64,000 nucleotides of DNA from contig OZ231126.1 of the NCBI GenBank assembly GCA_965153355.1, positions 23,498,001 through 23,562,000 on the forward strand, given 5' to 3'. Of this stretch, positions 54,163 to 64,000 are shown in pieces. The notes beneath the pieces were generated by a model that saw only the letters and a list, made by a program, of their open reading frames with translations, ran no database searches and had not been told where the DNA came from. A program made the position numbers and the translations under genes. Numbering within the stretch: position 1 is the first letter of the stretch; every line of letters begins with the position of its first letter. The stretch comes from Flaccisagitta enflata (Eukaryota).

Positions 54163-54877
54163 CCGATTCTTCTGGCTTTTGTTTTCGCCTTTGCCTATTT
54201 ATCTTAAGCCCATTTTCTCCTCCCTCTTCGGATGACTGATGATATTCGCGGCCGTCTGAGGGTGATAGAGGTATTGGTGGGCGGGGCCCTTCGGGGGGCT
54301 GGGGCGGTGTCCTTTGGGGGTTTGGGGGCGGAGCACTACAGCCGGAGCTTGCCGTCGTCTCAACAGAAAGAGAACTAAGTGTCAACATTACACATTTTTC
54401 TTCCTCAAATCTCCCTTTTCCATCTGTCCTTCGCTCTGGATCATTTTTCAAACTCCCCAATGTTTTCTTCTATTTTTTTTTCACGAAGGGAAAAAATGAG
54501 AGAATGAAAATTGCTTTGTTTATACTTCTTCTTCTTCTTCTCCCGGTTTTTTCCGTATTTTCGTTATTATTGTTGAATCACCCTTCATTTTTTCTAAGAA
54601 AATACGACATTAGAATAGCCTACGCTACTTTTCTACCAGGCGCCATTTGGATGTTAATTAAAATTCCAATCCTGGTCGCTTCAACCAATTTTTAAAGCGA
54701 TTTTTAAAGCTTCGTGCTCGCTGCTAAGCGATTTATCTTAAATCGTCTGTTTTACTCTTGTATCAAGATGCCATTATTTAAGTGCGTGTGTCGGTGTATA
54801 GGGCAATGACAATATGCATATTAACTATTGAATGTGTGACTGAGAATGATAATGCAAAAAGTGGTTCCTTCATTTGC

Positions 54878-57102
54878 AAACAAGTGACGCAGGGTCATAA
54901 TATTGCGGCCGGCTGGGCAGGGGCATCCAACCCCAGCGACAACCCAATCCTGCCTCACCCACACGCAAACACACACAAAAGGTTTCTAAAGCACTGCGTT
55001 TTTTTTTACTTTTCGACGCGATCATCACAGACCTACGGATGAACAAAGCCTCTTTTAAAGGTACATGTTCTCAACTAACAACGCCGAATACACGGCAATC
55101 CAGTCGCGGGCGGTTGGGCAGGAGCAGTAATGCGAAAACAGCTTGCAATGTTCCGGACCGAACGACCGACCGACACGGCAAGGTGTAAAGTTGCGTGTCT
55201 GAAACTAAAAAGCAGTTTTCAACCTTTCCATTTAGATAGCCAAAATGCGTTCATTCTTTGAGTTGTTCTAGTCAGAAAACAAGTGACATATCATGTCGAT
55301 GATACAATATTATTGTATTTCTATTTCCAACATCACGGTCTCTAAGAAATCCACCTGTTTTTTTTTTTTCAAGCCACTTCTTATTAGCCATGTACCCGGC
55401 CTTGTTAGTCGCGGACACGCGGGTCTGGAACATGTCATGTTGGTCGGTTTGTCTGTTAGTCACATTTCTGGTTTTTGCTCCTACCCATCCGTCCGCGTCA
55501 GGGGGGGGTTTCGGCCTTGTTTCTAGTTGGGTGAACGCGATGCTATAACAAGCCACAGTGGGCCTTAACTGGACACGAGTTTAAAAAAATCCACAATTGT
55601 AGTGACCTGCAAAAGTAAATATATTTTATGAGGGAGAATTGATATTGACCCTCAAAAAAAATTTCCCCTAAGAATTTTTGCAAATATTATTAAAGTAATC
55701 TAAATTTGTGAAATATTTGATATGATTTATGTGTTTAGATAATCTGACTCAAGATCTAGATTCCTGGTGATATTTCCAACCATTTCATAGGTTGCACTTT
55801 ATATTTTTTTGAGAAAAAAAAAATTATTTTGTTTGTTGCCATTATAACAAAAATAACAGTGGCTTAGAATATGAAAATTTTTTCATGAAAGTATATCATG
55901 TGATCTATCAAATCATTTCAAATTTCACCAGGAATATAAATCTTTGATCAGCATTACAAAACACATAAGTCCTAAAGATCTATATCAAATATTTGAAATC
56001 TTTTTTACCCAAAGTGATTTTCAAGGGTCAACTTCAATTTCCACTATGAAATATACCTACTTATGCCAGTCGCTACCATCGGGGATTTTTTTTTTACTCG
56101 TATCCTATTAAGGCCCACTGTGGGGCTATGTCCGTTGGTTGGTCAGTTAATCGGTTGGTTCATCCCACTAAGCCTTTTTAGTCGCGGACACGCGACTCTA
56201 CACCTTGCCGTGTCGGTCGGTAGGTCGGTCGGTCGGTAGGTCTGTTGGTAGGTCCGTCCGTCCGTCACATCTTTGAATACCGAGCGGTTTTTGCATTACT
56301 GCTCCTGCCCAACCGTCCGCAACTGGATTGCTGTGTATCCGGCCTTGTTATCATATACAGGCGTTTTTTATATTACTGCCCCTGCCCACCCACATGCAAC
56401 TTGGGTAGCTATGTATCAGCCTCAATGTTCTTATAAACAAGGTTCTTAGTCAAAGATTTGAGTGTACAATAAGAGTAAAATACCAGATCAGACCAGCTAT
56501 ACTTCATAAGATATATACTATCTTTTGTTAGAAAAACAGTAACGTCAAGAAAAAGGGAACAACAATATGAAAAGTGATAAGATCACTATGAGTATGACTG
56601 TTGATGAATTCAAAATTGACGAGAAAAGTTTCATCTTTCGAAAGTTCAGCCCTGATTGTAACACGTTGGATTCAATTCATCTTCCTCCTCCCCCTCTTCT
56701 TCCTTGTCGTCGTCATCCTCCTTGTTTCTCCCAGCTATCATGTTTTTGCCATTATAACGCGTTAATTTCGAAGTTGAGAAACCTAGCCGGCAACGGAACA
56801 TGGAGTAAACCCGATAATTTTTTGCAAAAACCGAGACGCATCCTCCTGCAGAACACGCCGGGAATAATGATAAATGTTCAAGTCGCTGGGTGTAAATAGA
56901 TAGAAAATTTGTGTCATTGAATGAGAATTTATTAGGAGCTCGCGACTCTATACCCCGCTCTGTCCTTCCATCAGTTCATAAATACGTTTTCAGCATTTTT
57001 GCGGTCTTTTGCCTCACTGCTCCTGCCCAACGGCGATAGTAACTTCAAATACAACCCTTGCCCGCCAGTAAGCGACTGGAGTAGCCGCGTATCCAGTCTT
57101 GT
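54878..57102. mobile_element. Cluster of about 7 HINE-like family B copies/fragments
   Basis: Copies at ~54878-55078(-), 55078-55211(-), 55404-55521(+), 55521-56170(+, split), 56175-56349(+, intact), 56360-56430(+), 56930-57102(+). Confidence 0.75.
55554..56122. mobile_element. CACAGTG-terminated MITE with long imperfect TIRs (Chapaev/CMC- or Transib-like)
   Basis: CACAGTGGGCCTTAA/TTAAGGCCCACTGTG, with complementarity continuing for ~100 bp. Flanks AAGC/GGGC fit a mutated 4-bp duplication of the host AGGC. Confidence 0.8.
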
Positions 57103-57128
57103 GTGCGTGTGTGTGGGTGTGTGTGTGG

Positions 57129-57170
<42 letters not shown>

Positions 57171-57273
57171 CCTGAGTAAAATATAAAATTGTATTTTCGA
57201 AAAATTATTTATCTTAGAGGAAGGGTAATGTTAGAGTTGTCTTCTTGTAATGATCGAGATCATCAACTCAGCC

Positions 57274-57276
<3 letters not shown>

Positions 57277-57359
<83 letters not shown>

Positions 57360-57400
57360 TGTGTGTGTGAGTGTGTGTGTAGGAGTGAGTTTGTGTGTAG

Positions 57401-57489
<89 letters not shown>

Positions 57490-57511
57490 TGTGTGTGTTT
57501 GTGTGAGAGTG

Positions 57512-57563
<52 letters not shown>

Positions 57564-57596
57564 TGTGTGTGTGTATTTTTGTGAGTGTGTGTGTGT

Positions 57597-57641
<45 letters not shown>

Positions 57642-57675
57642 TGTGTGTGTGTGTGTGTGCGTGTGTGTGCGTGTG
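57277..57675 (+). repeat. Interrupted (GT)n microsatellite
   Basis: Direct reading. Confidence 0.96.
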
Positions 57676-58062
57676 CACTTGTATTTGCACTTGAGCTTGC
57701 AAGCATGCGTAACAGACTTACTCCGCGTGGGCATGTGCAATTCCTTTTGAAGGATTCTTCGTGATAACGTTGATTTCTTAGCTCGCGTAAACGTTTCCAA
57801 CAATTGTTGCACCAGTTCATTGGATCTTGACGATCATGGCGTCTCTTTTTCATGTATTCTGCAGGGCCGGGTTTGATAAAAGGCTCATTTCTTTTTGTTT
57901 TTCATCTCTCTTTCTTTCTTTATTTTCCTTTTCTTTTTTCTCTCTTTAGTTCTTTTTGGTTCGGTTCATTGATCTGTCAGTCCGTCCATCACAAAGTTGC
58001 TTTTTCGAATTTTCTGTTCCGGCCCAACGTTTCGCGAGAAGGGTGGTCTTTCTTGCTTTCCT

Positions 58063-58118
<56 letters not shown>

Positions 58119-58168
58119 TTTTTATTTTTTTCCTATTTTCTTATTTTCTTTTTTTCTTTTTTTCTTTC

Positions 58169-58378
58169 TTTTTAGTTGCGGACACGCAACTCTATAAGAG
58201 GACGTCCGTCCATCCATCAGTCCATCCGTCCGTGAGCACGAGTCATAAAGTGGAAAAACAAGCGTTTTGAAGTTTTTCTTGTTGAAGAGGGTGTTCGGTG
58301 GGGTGTTAGGTGTGAAAAGGGGGTTGGCTGCCCCTGCCCACCCGTCCGCAACGATATCGTGACCCGCGTCACTTGTTT
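58169..58378 (+). mobile_element. HINE-like family B (GTGAC-hairpin subfamily), intact
   Basis: AGTTGCG-GACA-CGCAACT 5' hairpin, GTCCGCAAC subTIR, GTGAC-CCGC-GTCAC stem-loop, TTGTTT. Confidence 0.88.
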
Positions 58379-59074
58379 ACTTACTTACTTTCTTCATTTC
58401 TCTGTCGGCCCCCATCTCTCTCTGATTGATTGATTCATTCATTTATTACGAATCATTCAACTTAGCCTTAATTTTCAATTAACTGATACGGATTTAGAGG
58501 ACGTGTCTTTTACCTAAGAAACATTTCTTTTCACGGTAATCACGACGACAGCTTGAAAAGACGAATCGAATATGAAGCATCGACAAAATGGCCGTGTTCC
58601 GTTGCGAGGTTTGCACTTTTAATACAAGTCCCATGTCTTCATTGTTAAAAAGATTGTGCGTAAGAAAAAAAGAAAGAAAGAAAAAAACGTGGATTCTCTT
58701 CCAACGCGTATTCTCATGCTGTTAGTGATATGACGAAAATCTAAGATCGCATTCTTTAATTAGCATTGAACCACCTCTCGGTCTGGAAATCAGAATTTTC
58801 ATTGTAATGACACCTTCGGAGAACCGTGGAATAATATTGATGAATTATCCCAATTTCAAAGTAATGGAAAAACATTTTCAATATTCATTGAAGCACAACT
58901 TACCAATAATCTACCAAAATTTACATTTCTTATTGTGAATCTCAAGGAATTCGGATGGAATGGGGGGGGGGGGGGTGGATATCAGAGAGGCGTGTCACAT
59001 ATAACTTATCAAAAAATTGGCTATTGCGTCATTGCATTGTATTAAATTGTTGCTATAAAAGCGGAAAATATGTA

Positions 59075-59585
59075 CAGTAGATGTCGTCTAGACTTGGAAA
59101 TACGGGGGAGCTCATAACCTGAGCATCAGTACAATGAGGGGATTGATATTTTACTGGTGTAATATATAGACCTTAAGGGGTTGACGATGGGGTATGGCAT
59201 CCCCCTAAGGCTTACCTTACAAAAAAAACTTTTAGTATAAAACATTATGATTAATCACTTTTATGATAGAATTTCAACTACATCTATTTGCTTTAATTGC
59301 AAAACCAGCCTGGGATTCAAACCTGGAACCTTCAAAAAAATAAACTGATCATAATGAATCTGAAGTTAAGTGAGTTAACCACTAGACCAATTCCAACAGC
59401 TGTTCAAGTGAAGCTAATATGATTTAGTATATTCAAAAAAAGTTTTTATCCACAGAGCTGGCATACCCCATCCTCAACCCTATAGGACATAAGCATTATA
59501 TACACACACAGTTTCATTTCATTGGCACAAATAGTAGTTATGATATGAGGGCCCCCGTATTTCCAAGTATAGACGACATCTACTG
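59075..59585. mobile_element. Tc1/mariner-type MITE
   Basis: TA-CAGTAGATGTCGTCTAGACTTGGAAATACGGGGG...CCCCCGTATTTCCAAGTATAGACGACATCTACTG-TA; a second internal inverted pair at ~59172-59200 and ~59459-59487. Confidence 0.9.
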
Positions 59586-59681
59586 TATCCTTTTAGTCAT
59601 GTATTGTAATCGCAAGCAACCGGTGACTACTTTCTTCTCATATTATTGGCACTTTCTAGCGGCGAACTTGCCACCGCGCAA

Positions 59682-59841
59682 TTTTTAGTCGCGTGCACGC
59701 GACTCTATGACCCACTCTGTCCGTCTGTCGGTCCGTCCGTCCGTCCGTCGGTCGGTCGGTCGGTCACACTTAGCTTTTCTTAGCTTTTTCGCCGCTCCTG
59801 CCCACCCGCACGCGACTTCGGCTCGTGTATACGGCCTTGTT
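59682..59841 (+). mobile_element. HINE-like family B copy
   Basis: AGTCGCGTGCACGCGACT, (GTCC/GTCG)n, GCACGCGACT subTIR, GGCCTTGTT end. Confidence 0.88.
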
Positions 59842-60139
59842 CATATTCGCCTTCTATTTTCCCCAAGTTTGCTTTTTCATGTGAGTCGCGTCTGAAGCTT
59901 TCTATATTTTTTTTGTCAAAGCGTTGAGCACTCAAGCACTGGGTCGCTGACGCGGCACAAAAACCTAATGGAATGAATGAAAAAGAAAGAGAACAAAGCG
60001 AAAAAAATGCTAGGGCTAGGTTTAAAGAAGAGGCAAGTTGGTGTGTGAAATCATGGAAGCTGGAATGGGGTGAGGGAAATTTTTGGAGGTTATGCATGGT
60101 GGCGAAAATATTATTACTCTTAATGGGCATATAGTAGAG

Positions 60140-60360
60140 TTTTTAGTCGCGTGCTACGCGACTCTACACCCCGCTTTGTCGGTCCGTTGGTCCGTCGGTC
60201 CGTCCGTCCGTCGGTCCGTCCGTCGGTCCGCCAAACTTTACTTTTTCGGCGTTTATGGGTTTTTTGGCTATATTGCTGCTGCCCAAATTCTCCACTGACC
60301 TCAAATATGGCCCCTGCCCACCCGCACGCGACTGGGGTAGCCGTGTATCCGGCCTTTTTT
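60140..60360 (+). mobile_element. HINE-like family B copy
   Basis: AGTCGCGTGCTACGCGACT, GCACGCGACT subTIR, GCCGTGTATCCGGC stem-loop. Confidence 0.88.
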
Positions 60361-61022
60361 TAATGGAAGGCGAGCTTTTACGCATTTTGTAAGAATTGTT
60401 CAACAGTCTCTTTGTGAAAGACGTATTGCGTAGGTTTAACTGAAAACGGTTAGTTCTATGAAGTTAGCTAAGTGGGGCAGAAGGAGCTTTTGCTAGAGAC
60501 GGATGGGGGGGGGGAGAGAGAGGGGGGGGGATAATTTGAGTTTCAGTTTCATCACATATATTGATGTTGAAGACATGTCACAACAATTTCAATACAGCGA
60601 GTGCAGCAAAACAAAATAACTGGAGGATCTAAGTCTACTCGTAATCAATCGAAACAAGTTGCTTTGGTGCAGGGAATGGAGGGTGAATGGGGCAAAATTT
60701 CGATGCAGTAGTGGCTCGAAGTAAGTGGTTGAATGTTGTCGAGGGGCAGGACTGCGAGGTTGAAGTGGCTCCAAGTAAGTGCAAAGAAAACGTAGTTGAA
60801 GAATTTTTGGGACAGGATTGTGAGGCTGTAGTGGCTCCAAGTAAGTGCAAAGAAAACGGGGTTAAGAGAATCGGGGGCCGAATTATGGGCTCTTGGTGCA
60901 AACGATAATTTCCATTCACGTTTATGCATGGATGTGATCCAGATTAAAATGGGAAAGGCTTCAACAGATTTCCACGCTTGCCTTCAACGCACTTCGCGTG
61001 GAGAGAAACGCTCTTTCTTTTC

Positions 61023-61114
<92 letters not shown>

Positions 61115-61610
61115 TTCACTAACTTCTTTTTCACTCTTTTTCCTTCTCGCATTTCATCGGTCGAATGCGCGCCAAGCAAATGTTGCCTAAAACGTCTTTG
61201 AATTTTTTTTCGGCATTTTGAGAATGTGTGGTCTGGTGCGTTGTTCCATCCTTTTTAGCCTAGTTCGTGGGTCTCTACCATTCAACTTTCGGTTGGTCGG
61301 TTGGTGGAATGTAAAAGCTTGTTAGCACAACTTCTTCACTGCATAAAGCCATTTACTCAAATTAGTGACGAAGTACCGACTGTACCATCCATCCATCCAT
61401 CCATCCATCCATCCATCCATCCATCCATCCATCCATCCATGAAATTCAATCTACTTTTACTACTTCCTACGGTGTCCGGTCTGTCACGCATTCGATGGAT
61501 GATCTAACAGACACTCTCAGACCCGCTCGGTCAAATAGTATTTGTAAGCGAATACCATCAATTTCAATTTTTTCGAACACAGCGTCAAATCTATAACTCT
61601 GGAGTGACGT

Positions 61611-62244
61611 GACGCCAGACTAGTTTCTCTCCAATGACGTGACGCCAAACTAGTTTCTCTCGGATGGCGTGACGCTTATCTAGTATCTCTCCAATGACGT
61701 TACGCCAGACTAGTTTCTCTCCAATGATGTGACGCCAAACTAGTTTCTCTCTGGCGTAACGCTTATCTAGTTTTTCTCCAATGATGTTACGCCAAAATAG
61801 TTTCTCTCCGATGGCGTGACGCCAATCTAGTTTCTCTCCAATGACGTTACGCCAATCTAGTTTTTCTTCAAGGATGTGGCACCAATCTACTTTCTGTTCA
61901 ATGATGTGACGCCAAACTAGTTTCTCTCCACTGACATGACGTCAAACTAGTTTATCTTGGATGACGTGACGCTAGTCTAGTTTCTCTCCAATGACGTAAC
62001 GCCAATCTAGTTTCTCTCCAATGACGAAACGCCAATCTAGTTTCTCTTGGATGGCTTGAAGCTAGTCTAGTTTCTCTCCAATGATGTAACGCCAATCTAG
62101 TTTTTCTCCAACGACGTGGCGCCAATCTAGTTTCTCTCGGATGGCGTGATGCCGATCTAGTTTCTCTCCAATGACGTGGCGCCAATCTAGTTTCTCTTCA
62201 ACGACGTGGCGCCAATCTAGTTTCTCTTCAATGTCGTGGCGCCA
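61611..62244 (+). repeat. 30-bp minisatellite, 21 units, consensus GACGCCAATCTAGTTTCTCTCCAATGACGT
   Basis: Units aligned by eye on the CTAGTTTCTCT core. Confidence 0.95.
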
Positions 62245-62895
62245 TTTTCCCTCAGCCTGTTTTTAAGAAAAGGCGCTGACCCGAGGTTTTCGTCATGGTG
62301 GAATTTATAGCGCGAGGCCAATTTTCATGGTGGAAATACTTTGATGGTTGTATGGTTTCAAGCATTAACGGAATGTGCCAAGTCATTGACCTTCTGACCT
62401 CGAGGCTGTGGAGGGTGGAATCGGTGAGGACGAAGCGAAGTGAAGGGTAAGGACGTGGGTAGGGTAGTAAAGAAGGCTGAGGTGGTAGAAAGTGAGCAGG
62501 TCGAAGCGCTAAAACGTGAGCCGCTTTTAGTTTATAAGACTGATTCTAAGCCTGAGGGCAGATGTTACTCCAGATAGAGTTAGCTTGGGGCATATGCGAG
62601 CTGGCTGATGAACTTAGGGAGAGGGGACAAACGACCGTATAGATAAATGAACAATGATTTTTTTATGTTTTACCTCTGTGTTCTACAGAACATCGGCTCT
62701 TTGGGGCCGCTGCCCATAGAGGGGTGCGAGGAGGGATTGAATCTGAAACTGTTTGTCATCATCTATGACGACTGGATGTTACGCGTGATGAGCTCTAATT
62801 TCAGTTAACTGCCTATTAGTCAACGCCTGTCTCCCTTTCAAGGTTTATCCTAAATACTGGTGACACCACAAACGGTTGGGTGCGCTTTTTGTAAG

Positions 62896-62904
62896 GTTGT
62901 TGTT

Positions 62905-62953
<49 letters not shown>

Positions 62954-62969
62954 TTGTTGTTGTTGTTAA

Positions 62970-63066
<97 letters not shown>

Positions 63067-63104
63067 AATGTTGTTGTTGTTGTTAATGTTGTTGTTGTTG
63101 TTAA

Positions 63105-63197
<93 letters not shown>
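62896..63197 (+). repeat. (GTT)n microsatellite
   Basis: Direct reading. Confidence 0.97.
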
Positions 63198-64000
63198 AAA
63201 TTTAATTGTTATCTTTACATACCTCACGGTAATTTTGCGTCCACTATTTACACATGATCGTCTTCGAAATGCAAAAAAAGTTTGCCTCAGTTCGAACGTC
63301 CGCTTTTTTTTCACGCTCGCCGAGAAAGCTTCGTGGTCCTTTGAGGGCTCTCGGGACCCGCTTGATCTGTTTCATCATTACCGACAAAATTTGAATAGAG
63401 GTAATTGAGGCATCGAGAGATTTAGGATTTCGGCGCGAAAGAGAGAGGTTAGTCTTTCAAAACAGTATCTATCTGTGAAAGCAGTCGGTCGCGTCTTCTT
63501 CGTCTGTCCATTTGCTGAACTGACTAGCACTAGTATAGATATTGACCTCAGATCCTAAATCTAAGTCCTTGTGAATTTTCATATTTCTCTTTTATATGCG
63601 GCCGGTCCGAAGGTAGTAACGGCTTGAGCTCTAGCTTGAACTAATCTGCTTGAATTTGTTCCTGAAAGATACCTTGGCATATGCACATAACTCTGTTGAT
63701 CAAAATCTTGAACCTCTTAGGGGGCCCCTAGGGGCCCCAAAAAGCCCTTTGTGAGGTTTTTTTTTTTTTTAAAAGTGGGGTTCACTTGATAGGAAATTGC
63801 TTGATTCGCCTAGATCCAAAATCTTGCAATTTCACTATTTTCAAAAAGAATTAGAAAATTTTTGTGTCGGCCATATTTCAAAAGAAAGTTTAAAGATTCT
63901 CCTGGAATTTTTTTAGTTTGATATGGTTCTAAAGTATTTGAGCCAGAACCTTGAAATTTGAAACGTGCATTATTGAAAGCGCTGAGCAGGTCCGTGCAAA

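Noticed and set aside
53700..54460. Minus-strand Pro-rich then Glu-rich ORF
   Set aside because: Needs a frameshift and has an in-frame stop near 54112; decayed (GAA)n explains the composition.
56567..56899. 110-aa plus ORF and overlapping minus-strand open frame with an acidic tail
   Set aside because: No recognisable family and of a length expected by chance; needs expression data.

Overview
This window is eukaryotic (probably invertebrate animal; inference) repeat-dense intergenic or intronic DNA. I recognise no protein-coding gene, transposase, RNA gene or CRISPR array, and nearly all listed ORFs are read-throughs of simple repeats. The main contents are: (1) a ~10.9 kb tandem array of a GC/CpG-rich 40-bp unit (6531-17434), each unit able to fold into a 12-bp hairpin; (2) about 25 copies or fragments of non-autonomous Helentron/DINE-1-type elements (HINE-like; my labels B, C, D, E) with sub-terminal inverted repeats, terminal stem-loops, internal micro/minisatellites and T-run insertion without TSD; (3) many non-autonomous cut-and-paste TIR elements whose target duplications can be read directly (hAT-type 8 bp, Tc1/mariner/pogo-type TA, and 3-, 4- and 5-bp types), often nested several levels deep, notably at 41.5-45.8 kb; (4) abundant microsatellites. 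The most interesting signals are the hairpin satellite, three-way covariation of HINE stems, a possible insertion hotspot beside the HINE 5' hairpin, a CAC-starting 2x123-bp insertion in a hairpin loop, and a MITE with RSS-like ends. Family labels are mine, superfamily calls rest only on termini and TSD length, and no database search was possible.
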